Shown here: positions 19,303 to 27,394 of the stretch, piece after piece
Layout of the letters: the number at the start of each line of letters is the position of its first letter
Position numbering within the stretch: position 1 is the stretch's first letter
Source of the DNA: an uncultured Actinomycetota bacterium
Lineage (GTDB): Bacteria; Actinomycetota; Actinomycetes; DATJPE01
Direction of reading: 5' to 3'
Assembly (NCBI GenBank): GCA_963820065.1
Contig: CAWFYM010000002.1
Coordinates: 27,103-91,102, forward strand
Length of the DNA stretch: 64,000 nucleotides
Made by a program: the position numbers and the translations under genes
The notes under the pieces: model-generated
Databases searched by the model: none
Seen by the model: the letters and a program-made list of their open reading frames with translations, nothing else
Told to the model about the DNA's origin: nothing

Positions 19303-20531
19303 GCGGGGTCGACGTCCGGGCGGCGATCACCCAGGCCCACCGCGAGGAATGGGCTCGAGTGGTCGCCGCCCTGACCAGGCGCTTCGGCGACCTCGACATC
19401 GCAGAGGAGGCGGCGGCCGAGGCGTTCGCGACCGCCGTCGAGCGCTGGCCGGCGGGCGGCGTACCCCCTAATCCGGGCGCCTGGCTGACCACCACCGCCA
19501 ACCGCAAGGCCATCGATCGGATCCGGCGCGAGACCAAGCGAGACGACAAGCAGAAGGAGGCTCAGCAGTTGTACGACGACGACCCGCTCGAGCCTGTCGG
19601 CACCATCGAGGACGACCGGCTCCGGCTGATCTTCATCTGCTGCCACCCCGCGCTCGCGATGGAGGCCCGCGTGGGGCTGACGCTACGCATGGTCGGCGGT
19701 CTGACCGTGCCTGAGATCGCCCGGGCCTTCCTCGTTCAGGAGTCCGCCATGGGGCAACGCATCACCCGTGCGAAGGCCAAGATCAAGGCCACGCGCATCC
19801 CCTACCAGGTGCCGTCCGCGGAGGACCTGCCGGCACGCGTCTCTGGCGTGCTCGCCGTCCTCTTCCTCGTCTTCAATGAGGGCTACCTGGCGACCGGCCC
19901 CGATTCTGATCCCGTGCGGCCCGACCTGACGGCAGAGGCCATTCGGCTCACTCGCCTGATCCGTGCGCTCCTACCGGAGGACGGGGAGGTGGCCGGATTG
20001 TTGGCGCTGATGCTCCTCATCGAGGCCCGCCGCACCGCCCGGGTTTCGGCGAGCGGCGAGCTGGTCACCTTGGGCGAGCAGGACCGTGGCGCGTGGGACG
20101 TGGCGCTGGTCGCCGAGGGCCATCGGCTGGTGCGCGAACGCCTGGCCGCCGGCAAGGCGCCGGGTCGTTACCAGATCCTCGCGGCCATCAACGCCGTGCA
20201 CACCACGGCCCGCGACGTACGCGACACCGACTGGTCGCAGATTGTCGCCCTGTACGACCAGCTCGTGCGCGTCGACCCCTCGCCGATCGTTGCTCTCAAC
20301 CGGGCCGTCGCAGTCGCCGAGCTCGACGGCCCGGAGGTGGCCCTGGCGACGGTCGACCCTCTCGAACACGCGTTGTCCGGCTATCACGCGTTCCACGTGA
20401 CCCGCGCAGACCTGCTGCGCCGGTTGGGCCGAAGCGATGAGTCGCGCGCGGCGTACGACAAAGCCATCGAGCTGGCGGGCAACACAGCCGAGACCGCCTA
20501 CCTGAAACGTCGCCGCGACCAGCTTGCGTAG
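19266..20531 (+). CDS. ECF-type sigma-70 family factor with a long C-terminal extension
   Basis: GTG at 19266 overlapping the YCII gene by 37 nt. Region 2 (NPGAWLTTTANRKAIDRIRRE), region 4 (TVPEIARAFLVQESAMGQRITRAKAKI) and a ~200-aa helical C-terminal domain. Confidence 0.8.
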   Translation: MQPEDRGAAVPVGGVDVRAAITQAHREEWARVVAALTRRFGDLDIAEEAAAEAFATAVERWPAGGVPPNPGAWLTTTANRKAIDRIRRETKRDDKQKEAQQLYDDDPLEPVGTIEDDRLRLIFICCHPALAMEARVGLTLRMVGGLTVPEIARAFLVQESAMGQRITRAKAKIKATRIPYQVPSAEDLPARVSGVLAVLFLVFNEGYLATGPDSDPVRPDLTAEAIRLTRLIRALLPEDGEVAGLLALMLLIEARRTARVSASGELVTLGEQDRGAWDVALVAEGHRLVRERLAAGKAPGRYQILAAINAVHTTARDVRDTDWSQIVALYDQLVRVDPSPIVALNRAVAVAELDGPEVALATVDPLEHALSGYHAFHVTRADLLRRLGRSDESRAAYDKAIELAGNTAETAYLKRRRDQLA

Positions 20532-20543
20532 CGCCGATCCCCA

Positions 20544-21107
20544 TCAGCCCTCTGAGACGGGGACAACCACTTCGTTCCGACGCCGGAACCACGGCGTCCA
20601 GGGCGGGTCGTAGCGGGCGAATCGCGGTGGGCCGCTTGCCTCGAGCCCGTCTTCCCTCACAGCCCGAAGTAGCTGGACGGTCTGCTGCTCGTACGCCGTG
20701 GACGTCCATCGGCCCGAGTACCTCGCCACGGCGGCGAGCTCCTCGGGTACGGCGCGGATCGCGACCCGGGAATCGCCAGGGTCCGGGAGCGACTCCCGCG
20801 TCGAGCCCTCCGGCATGACGAAGGAGACGACGTAGCGCCCGGATGGCGATTCGGTGGTCTGGGTCTCCACGGCTTCCGGCACGTCATCGGGGACGTCGCG
20901 GCGCTGGAGCACCGGGGCGGTCATGGCCACGCTCCGGTTGCCTTCGTTGCGCCCACGCAGATAGGCCACCAAGGGACGGAAGGCCGTACTGCCCGCTTTT
21001 TCGAAGGAGTCATCAACCTCGACTTCGGCGACCACGTGCGCTGGGTAGCGCCGCAGCTCGAACCCGGGTCCCTGCCGCACCACCTCGTACCGCTGCTGCT
21101 CGGTCAT
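20544..21107 (-). CDS. SOUL heme-binding-family protein
   Basis: ATG at 21107 (MTEQQRYEVVRQGPGFELRRYP...AFRPLVAYL...NRSVAMTAPV), a family-typical N-terminus. Confidence 0.8.
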   Translation of the reverse strand: MTEQQRYEVVRQGPGFELRRYPAHVVAEVEVDDSFEKAGSTAFRPLVAYLRGRNEGNRSVAMTAPVLQRRDVPDDVPEAVETQTTESPSGRYVVSFVMPEGSTRESLPDPGDSRVAIRAVPEELAAVARYSGRWTSTAYEQQTVQLLRAVREDGLEASGPPRFARYDPPWTPWFRRRNEVVVPVSEG

Positions 21108-21205
21108 GAGACCTTTCGCCTTTCCCCGCCCACCGGTGCTGTCCACTCGCACCGTACGCGTGCGGCGGGAACCCTCGTCCCCGTGTCGCCCAGCCTGCCG
21201 AACTG

Positions 21206-21820
21206 CTAGGTGGGCCGAAGAAGGAGTTCAGCCTGCCGACGGCACAGTCGCACGAGTTCGTCTCGGGTGAGTTCGGACGAACCGAGAGCGAGTTGGATCG
21301 ACAATCCATCGATGGTGGCGGAGAGAAGGCGAGCCGCCTGCCCCGCATCGGTGGTCGCGAAACTCCCGCGGTCGCAGCCGTACGTGATCACCTCAGTCAG
21401 CAAGGACCGCCACCCGGCGTCGAGTTCGTCGTGCACCGCGGCTACACGTGGGTCGCGTGCGGCGCTGGACCAAAGGTGAAACCACAGGATCCACCCCGGA
21501 TCCGCCGGCCCGGACGCTGCGGAGAGCGCAATCACCTCGTCGAGGCGCGCCCAGGGCTCCTCGATGTCCTGAACCACGTCGGCTACCTCGGTGGCGAGCT
21601 GCTCCTCGCTGAGTCTGATCGCCTGAACGACTAGCTCCTCCTTGGAGGGGAAGTAGTACGTGACATGCCCCGGCCCGATGCCAGCTCGAGCTGCCACGTC
21701 GGCGACCCTGACGTTGGCGAGTCCGCGCTCGACCATGAGCTCGGCTGCTGCCTGAACGATGATGGCCTCGCGAGCTCGCCCCTTGGCTCGTCGGGTTCTT
21801 GGCGTTTGTGTCGCGGTCAC
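21206..21820 (-). CDS. TetR-family transcriptional regulator, coupled to the agmatine deiminase gene
   Basis: GTG at 21820 overlaps the upstream stop (GTGA). HTH domain REAIIVQAAAELMVERGLANVRVADVAARAGIGPGHVTYYFPSKEEL. Confidence 0.85.
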   Translation of the reverse strand: MTATQTPRTRRAKGRAREAIIVQAAAELMVERGLANVRVADVAARAGIGPGHVTYYFPSKEELVVQAIRLSEEQLATEVADVVQDIEEPWARLDEVIALSAASGPADPGWILWFHLWSSAARDPRVAAVHDELDAGWRSLLTEVITYGCDRGSFATTDAGQAARLLSATIDGLSIQLALGSSELTRDELVRLCRRQAELLLRPT

Positions 21821-22842
21821 ATAGCGCCCTGCGGAATCTGCTGAGTGACGCAGTGCGGGCCGCCGCCTCCGTAGGCCAGGGCGTCCCCTGGAACGCCCAC
21901 GATCTCGCGGTCCGGGTAGATCTCCTGAAGTCGCGCCAGCGCGGGGCCGTCGGTTGCTCCTCCCGAGACAGGGACGATCACGCCACCATTGGGCAGGTAG
22001 TGGTTGGCGTAGGACACCTTTGGGTCAGGTCCGGGGTCGATCAAAGAAACGTCGATCGCGCGACCCTCGGCGTCGGTTGCTGCCCTCAAGGCCGCCAGAT
22101 TGTCGTGTGCAGGCTGGTAGTCGGGCCCATTCCGGTCCGAGGTCACCTCGAGCAGAACCCGCCCGGGGGCGAGGTATTGGGCCACCCCGTCCACGTGACC
22201 ATCGGTGCCCTCCGGGCCAACGTCCAGCACGTGCCCGTGCGGCAGCCACACGATCGTGCGCACCCCCAGGTAGGCGCGCAGGATCTGTTCGATCTGCTCC
22301 CGGTTGAGCTGCCCGTTGCGATTGGGGTTGAGCAGGCATTGCTCGGTGGTCAGAAGTGTTCCCTCCCCGTCGACGAAGAAAGCACCGCCTTCCAGCACCA
22401 TCGGAGCGGTGAAGACGGGCAACCCAAGCTCCTCGGCCACCCGGGTCGCGAGCCGGGCGTCATCGTCATGCGGTTCCCAACGGCCGCCCCAGGCGTTGAA
22501 CCCGAACTGAACCACCGCCGACTGTCCGCTCGGGTCGCAGACAAAGATCGGCCCGCTGTCCCTGGCCCAGGAGTCGTTGATCGGGATCTCCAGTGGATCG
22601 ACCCCGTGTCCGCACCGACGACGAACGTCGGCGGCATCCCCGGGGTTGCACACCATCAGGACGGGTTCGAACGCGGCGATGGCTGATGCGACGGTCGCGT
22701 AGTCCTGCTTGGCGTCGTCGAAGCGGGGGCCCCAGAGCTGCTTGCGAGCCGGCCACGCCATCAGGCAGCCCGCATGCGGAGCCCACTCGGCCGGCATCGA
22801 AAAGCCCTGGGAGATCGGCGTCTCAGGCAGGTGATTCGCCAC
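21817..22842 (-). CDS. aguA: Agmatine deiminase
   Basis: AAGGAGG then GTG at 22842. Motifs PAEWAPHAGCLMAWP, NDSWARDSGPIFV, GTDGHVDG and the catalytic-Cys tail GGGGPHCVTQQIP. Confidence 0.85.
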   Translation of the reverse strand: MANHLPETPISQGFSMPAEWAPHAGCLMAWPARKQLWGPRFDDAKQDYATVASAIAAFEPVLMVCNPGDAADVRRRCGHGVDPLEIPINDSWARDSGPIFVCDPSGQSAVVQFGFNAWGGRWEPHDDDARLATRVAEELGLPVFTAPMVLEGGAFFVDGEGTLLTTEQCLLNPNRNGQLNREQIEQILRAYLGVRTIVWLPHGHVLDVGPEGTDGHVDGVAQYLAPGRVLLEVTSDRNGPDYQPAHDNLAALRAATDAEGRAIDVSLIDPGPDPKVSYANHYLPNGGVIVPVSGGATDGPALARLQEIYPDREIVGVPGDALAYGGGGPHCVTQQIPQGAM

Positions 22843-22898
22843 TCGTCCTCCTTTGACTGGGGGTCGCTGCCTTCACTATATTGGATGAAAACCAAAGT

Positions 22899-22916
22899 TC
22901 TCCTGTCATCAGGAGA
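22899..22916. promoter_or_regulatory. Inverted repeat in the aguA / urease divergent promoter region
   Basis: TCTCCTG-tcat-CAGGAGA inside the only AT-rich stretch of the intergenic region, with a TATATT hexamer at 22877. Confidence 0.35.
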
Positions 22917-22941
22917 TCCACCTTCGGCCGACAGGGTGCGG

Positions 22942-23580
22942 ATGAACCTGGGACCCACGGAGCTCGCGCGCCTGCTGGTCTTCCAGGTCGCCGAGATGGC
23001 CCGGCGAAACCGTGCTGCGGGGCTCAGCCTCAACGCCCCGGAGGCCATCGCCATCGCCTGCGACGAGATGCATGTGGCGGCGCGCGCTGGGGCGAGCTTT
23101 GAGGAGGTTCACCGAGCTGGGTATCGCTCAGTGACTCCGGACGACCTCATGGAGGGTGTTGCCGATCTGATCAGCGAGATCAGGTTGGAGGTTCTGCTGG
23201 CTGAGGGAAGCCGCCTCATCGTGCTGCGTGATCTCGGCAGGGCCGAGGAGCTGGACGAGCCAGCGGCGCCGAGGAGGGCGGACGCTGCCCCCGGCGCCAC
23301 ACGGCTAGGCGACGGCGCGATCACTTTGAACGCGGGGCTCGGTGTCGTCGAGATCGAGGTGCACAACACGTCCGACCATCTCGTTCGGGTGTCGTCCCAC
23401 TTTCCCTTTGACCGAGTGCAGGCCCGCCTGGTGTTCGATCGCGAGGTTGCCGCCGAGTGCCGGCTCGACATCCCGGCCGGAGACACAGTCCGGTGGGGGC
23501 CGGGCGAGACGAAGACGGTGCGCCTGGTTCGCATCTCCACAGCGCACATCGATGACACCGATTCTGAAGCGGGTGCTTGA
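22942..23580 (+). CDS. ureAB: Urease gamma-beta fusion subunit
   Basis: MNLGPTELARLLVFQVAEMARRNRAAGLSLNAPEAIAI (gamma) is joined to ITLNAGLGVVEIEVHNTSDHLVRVSSHFPF (beta) in one 212-aa ORF. Confidence 0.9.
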   Translation: MNLGPTELARLLVFQVAEMARRNRAAGLSLNAPEAIAIACDEMHVAARAGASFEEVHRAGYRSVTPDDLMEGVADLISEIRLEVLLAEGSRLIVLRDLGRAEELDEPAAPRRADAAPGATRLGDGAITLNAGLGVVEIEVHNTSDHLVRVSSHFPFDRVQARLVFDREVAAECRLDIPAGDTVRWGPGETKTVRLVRISTAHIDDTDSEAGA

Positions 23581-25295
23581 TGTCGATCCAGATGTCGCGT
23601 CACGAATACAACGCTCGCTACGGACCCACGACCGGCGACGAGGTGCGTCTCGCCGACACCGACCTCTGGGTCACCGTCGAGGATGACCATGTGGGATTCG
23701 GGGACGAGCCGCTGTGGGGCTACGGGAAAAACATCCGGTCACGGATGACGCAGTCCGATCACGCCACCGCCGAGAGCGAGCTCGATGTCGTCGTGGCCGG
23801 GGTGCTGGTCGTCGATCCCTACCTCGGCGTTGTGAAGACCAACATTGGGATCAAGGATGGCCGGATCGTCGGTATCGGCCGTGCGGGCAGTCCAGATCTG
23901 ACCTCCGGCGTCGACATGATCATCGGCCCGAACACGTTGCCGATCATGGGGTACGGGCTGATCGCCACTGCGGGCGGCGTGGACAGCCACGTGCACCTCA
24001 TCACTCCCACGTTGGTCCCGTCGGCGCTTTCGGCTGGAGTCACGACGCTCATTACCGCGGGGTTCGAGGAACCTCCCATGGCGATGGGGATCACCCTGAG
24101 GGCGTTCGAACACTTGCCCCTCAACATCGGGTTGCAGGCCAGCGCGCGCACGGACGTCCCGAGCTCGGCCGACCGCGTGATAGCGGCAGGAGCCGTCGGC
24201 CTGAAGATTCACGAGGATTGGGGGGCCTACCCGGAGGTCATCGACTCGACCCTCCAGCAAGCCGAGGATCACGACATCGCCGTGAGCATGCATACCGACT
24301 CCCTGAACGAATCAGCTGAACTGGCTGAGACGATCGAGGCCATCGGTGGCCGCGCCGTCCACGCGTACCACGTCGAAGGAGCTGGCGGCGGCCACATCCC
24401 TGACGTCATGGGGCTGGTGGCCGAGCCGAACATCATCTGCTCGTCGACGACACCGACCGTGCCGTACGGAACGGCGACGGCTGCCGAGCACCGAGAGATG
24501 ATCCTGGCCGTTCACGGCGGGAACCCGTCGGTCCCGGCTGATGTTGCTGCCGCTGATGAGCGGGTGCGCGAGACCACTATGGCCGCGGAAGGACCCTTGC
24601 ATGAGCTGGGTGCCATCTCCATCGTCAACAGCGATTCCCAGGGGATGGGCAGGATCGGCGAGACCGTGCGAAGGACCTTTCAGCTGGCCCATCACATGAA
24701 GGCGTGGAGCGCCAGCGCGGACGCCGAGGGGCTCCCGGTGCAGGCGCCGGGGGATGGTCGCGACCACCGTGGGACGGACAACCGGCGGGTGTTGAAGTAC
24801 CTCGCAAAGATCACGGCCGAGCCGGCGCTCGTGCACGGGATAGCCGAGGAGGTCGGATCACTCCGTCCCGGACGACAGGCCGACATCGTGCTGTGGGAGC
24901 CCTCCGCATTCGGGGTGAAGCCTTTGCTCGTCCTCAAGGCCGGCCACTTCGCCTGGGGGGCGGTCGGCGAAGGCAACGCGTCCATCGAGGGGTGCCAACC
25001 GGTCTTGACTCGCGGCCACTGGGCGGCGATGGGAACCGCGCCGAGCACGGTTGGGACGACGTTCGTCTCCCAGTCCGCGCTGGACGGGGGGATCAAGTCT
25101 GAGCTATCGAGCGGCCGGCGCTTCGTCGCCGTTTCGGGGACCCGTGAGGTTCGTCGAGAGTCAATGCTGTGGAACACGATGACACCCAAGGTGCGCGTCG
25201 ACCCTGGAGACGGATCCGTCTGGCTGGGGGATCGATCTCTGACCTCACGCCCTGCAAGCCAGGTGCCGTTGAACCGCCGGTACTTCTTGCACTAG
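23580..25295 (+). CDS. ureC: Urease alpha (catalytic) subunit
   Basis: ATG at 23580 overlaps the ureAB stop (TGATG). All nickel-site motifs are present: GGVDSHVHL, GLKIHEDWG, MHTDSLNES, YHVEGAGGGHIPD and NSDSQGMGRIGE. Confidence 0.95.
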   Translation: MSIQMSRHEYNARYGPTTGDEVRLADTDLWVTVEDDHVGFGDEPLWGYGKNIRSRMTQSDHATAESELDVVVAGVLVVDPYLGVVKTNIGIKDGRIVGIGRAGSPDLTSGVDMIIGPNTLPIMGYGLIATAGGVDSHVHLITPTLVPSALSAGVTTLITAGFEEPPMAMGITLRAFEHLPLNIGLQASARTDVPSSADRVIAAGAVGLKIHEDWGAYPEVIDSTLQQAEDHDIAVSMHTDSLNESAELAETIEAIGGRAVHAYHVEGAGGGHIPDVMGLVAEPNIICSSTTPTVPYGTATAAEHREMILAVHGGNPSVPADVAAADERVRETTMAAEGPLHELGAISIVNSDSQGMGRIGETVRRTFQLAHHMKAWSASADAEGLPVQAPGDGRDHRGTDNRRVLKYLAKITAEPALVHGIAEEVGSLRPGRQADIVLWEPSAFGVKPLLVLKAGHFAWGAVGEGNASIEGCQPVLTRGHWAAMGTAPSTVGTTFVSQSALDGGIKSELSSGRRFVAVSGTREVRRESMLWNTMTPKVRVDPGDGSVWLGDRSLTSRPASQVPLNRRYFLH

Positions 25296-25338
25296 TCGAA
25301 GCTCGGCGCGCCAGCCCGTCCGGTGGTGACCACGACCA

Positions 25339-25354
25339 ATACCCCCTGGGGTAT
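25339..25354. promoter_or_regulatory. 16-bp palindrome ATACCCC-ct-GGGGTAT, candidate operator (copy 1)
   Basis: 7-2-7 perfect inverted repeat 34 nt upstream of the ATG at 25388. It is near-identical to the site at 26349. Confidence 0.5.
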
Positions 25355-25387
25355 AGTGGTCGCACGTCCATCTCGGGAGGTTCCCCC

Positions 25388-25504
25388 ATGTGTAGTCCCG
25401 CTCTCTGCTCGGCGTGCCGCAAGGTGACGTACTCCGGTTGTGGCATGCACGTCGACCAGGTCCTGGCGAGTGTCCCGGTCGACAAGCGCTGTACCTGTCG
25501 CTGA
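25388..25504 (+). CDS. 38-aa cysteine-rich small protein
   Basis: GGGAGG then 7 nt then ATG. Sequence MCSPALCSACRKVTYSGCGMHVDQVLASVPVDKRCTCR has 6 Cys. The stop lies 9 nt before the sigma gene start. Confidence 0.55.
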   Translation: MCSPALCSACRKVTYSGCGMHVDQVLASVPVDKRCTCR

Positions 25505-25513
25505 AACGCTCAC

Positions 25514-26326
25514 GTGGACCGCACCGAGCTGAGTGGTCAGTTAGCCGAGCAGGCTCCAGGACTGCTGCGCTACGCGCGCAGCATCACCTCGGACCCTCGC
25601 CGGGCCGAGGATCTCGTGCAGGACACGCTGGTCCGGGCACTCGAACGCTGCAACTCTTTCCGGGGTGAGTCCTCGCTGGCGACCTGGCTGCATCGCATCC
25701 TGCACAACCTCGCGGTCGACCAGGGGCGACGAAGAGGTGAGGTCCCTACCGACCTGACTGCAGACTCGGAGGCAGAGCGTGTCGAGACGCTCTGGCGCAA
25801 CGACTCCTACACGGTCGACTCCGCCCTCATCCTGGAGCGTGCACAGACGTCTGAGCGACTGCAGGACGCACTGCTCCGTCTGCCCTTGATCTACCGCTCG
25901 GCCGTCGTCCTGCATGACGAAGAGGGGCTGGTCATGTCCGATGTCGCGCAGATCCAGGACATCGGCCTCCCAGCTGCGAAGCAACGACTGCGTCGCGGCA
26001 GGATGATGCTGGTCAGTGAACTTGCCGCTGACCAGAGCCGAGTTGGGTCACCGGCTACGTCGATGCGGTGCTGGGACGCCCGGCACCGCGTGTCGGACTA
26101 TATGGACGAAGAGCTGACCCAACGGGACCGGTCCCTTCTCGAGGCCCATCTGGAGAGCTGCCCGATGTGCCCGCCCCTGTACGCCGGGCTCGTCGGCGCC
26201 CGAGACGCGCTAGGGGCCAGGCGAGACTCCGACGCGGTCGTGCCCACCCATCTTGCGGAACGGATCACTCGCTCGGAAGCTCCCTCGCCGGGTCCCAGGA
26301 CGTCTTCGGCGTCGACCGAGGAATAG
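25514..26326 (+). CDS. ECF sigma factor with a C-terminally fused ZAS (zf-HC2) anti-sigma domain
   Basis: Region 2 (DLVQDTLVRALER...ATWLHRILHNLAVDQGRRR) and region 4 (YRSAVVLHDEEGLVMSDVAQIQDIGLPAAKQRLRRGR). These are followed by CWDARHRVSDYMDEEL...EAHLESCPMC, which is C-x25-H-x3-C-x2-C. Confidence 0.8.
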   Translation: MDRTELSGQLAEQAPGLLRYARSITSDPRRAEDLVQDTLVRALERCNSFRGESSLATWLHRILHNLAVDQGRRRGEVPTDLTADSEAERVETLWRNDSYTVDSALILERAQTSERLQDALLRLPLIYRSAVVLHDEEGLVMSDVAQIQDIGLPAAKQRLRRGRMMLVSELAADQSRVGSPATSMRCWDARHRVSDYMDEELTQRDRSLLEAHLESCPMCPPLYAGLVGARDALGARRDSDAVVPTHLAERITRSEAPSPGPRTSSASTEE

Positions 26327-26348
26327 ACGTCCGTCTCGGTTGGTTGCA

Positions 26349-26364
26349 ATACCCATAGGGGTAT
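26349..26364. promoter_or_regulatory. 16-bp palindrome ATACCC-atag-GGGTAT, candidate operator (copy 2)
   Basis: It lies 30 nt upstream of the thioredoxin ATG. The 19-nt context CAATACCCATAGGGGTATA matches CAATACCCCCTGGGGTATA at 25337 in 16 of 19 positions. Confidence 0.5.
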
Positions 26365-26393
26365 ACCGGCCCACGATCATCAAGGATGTGACC

Positions 26394-26786
26394 ATGGCTA
26401 CCGTCGCACTGACCGCCAACACCTTCGAGACCGCCGTGCTCGACAACGACATCGTGCTCGTCGACTTCTGGGCGGCCTGGTGTGGCCCGTGCCGTCAGTT
26501 CGCGCCGGTGTTCGAGGCCGCCTCCGACTCGCACCCGGACATTGTCTTCGGCAAGGTCGACACCGAGGCCGAGCAGGGACTGGCTGGTGCGGCCGGCATC
26601 ACGTCGATCCCGACCCTGATGGCCTTCCGTGGCGGCATCCTGGTGTTCTCTCAGCCTGGCGCCCTTCCGGCGGCAGCCCTGCAGCAGGTCATCGACGGGG
26701 TCCGTGGCCTGGACATGGACGACGTCCGGCGGCAGGTCGCCGAGCAGTCAGCCGCGAACGCCGATGAGACCATGGCCCGGCCGTGA
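26394..26786 (+). CDS. trxA: Thioredoxin
   Basis: VLVDFWAAWCGPCRQFAPVFE with the WCGPC active site. 130 aa with a short C-terminal tail. Confidence 0.9.
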   Translation: MATVALTANTFETAVLDNDIVLVDFWAAWCGPCRQFAPVFEAASDSHPDIVFGKVDTEAEQGLAGAAGITSIPTLMAFRGGILVFSQPGALPAAALQQVIDGVRGLDMDDVRRQVAEQSAANADETMARP

Positions 26787-27190
26787 CGTACGGCAACACG
26801 GTCGTCCTGGACCAGCCGTTCGAGGATGCCGTCGCGGCGGTGCGGGGCGCGCTGTCCGATCAGGGCTTCGGGGTCCTCACTGAGATAGACGTACAGGCGA
26901 CGATGAAGACCAAACTGGACGCAGACCTCGAGCCGTATCTGATCCTCGGCGCCTGTAACCCACCGCTCGCCTACCAGGCGCTGCAGGCGGAGCCCTCCGC
27001 TGGCCTGCTCCTGCCGTGCAACGTCATCGTCCGCCAGACCGAGCAGGGCACCGTCGTGGAAGTCATCGACCCGATGACCATGGTTAGCGTCTCCGGGAAC
27101 CCAGTTCTGCAGCCCGTCGTCGACGAGGCGGCCAGCAGGCTGAACGCAGTGCTCGCGGCCTTGGTGCCCGTGGCTACGCCTGCGGCATGA
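26783..27190 (+). CDS. DUF302-domain protein
   Basis: GTG at 26783 overlaps the trx stop (GTGA). Family-typical motifs FGVLTEIDVQATMKTKL...YLILGACNP and LLLPCNVIV. Confidence 0.85.
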   Translation: MTYGNTVVLDQPFEDAVAAVRGALSDQGFGVLTEIDVQATMKTKLDADLEPYLILGACNPPLAYQALQAEPSAGLLLPCNVIVRQTEQGTVVEVIDPMTMVSVSGNPVLQPVVDEAASRLNAVLAALVPVATPAA

Positions 27191-27394
27191 CTGACAACGC
27201 AGACGTGCCCGCCTAGAGAACCGCTCACGTCAGAGGCTCACCTTGGTGGCTCCACCGGCTCCGACCTCCGCCATGAAAGTCAGTTCAAGTCTGCCTCGCC
27301 GGGACCAGGTGGCGTTTTCGACGTCTCCGAGGGAAGTCTCAGCGGTGGCTGTCTTAGATCGGCGCGGTCGCTCCGGCCGCGCATACTTGGGCCC

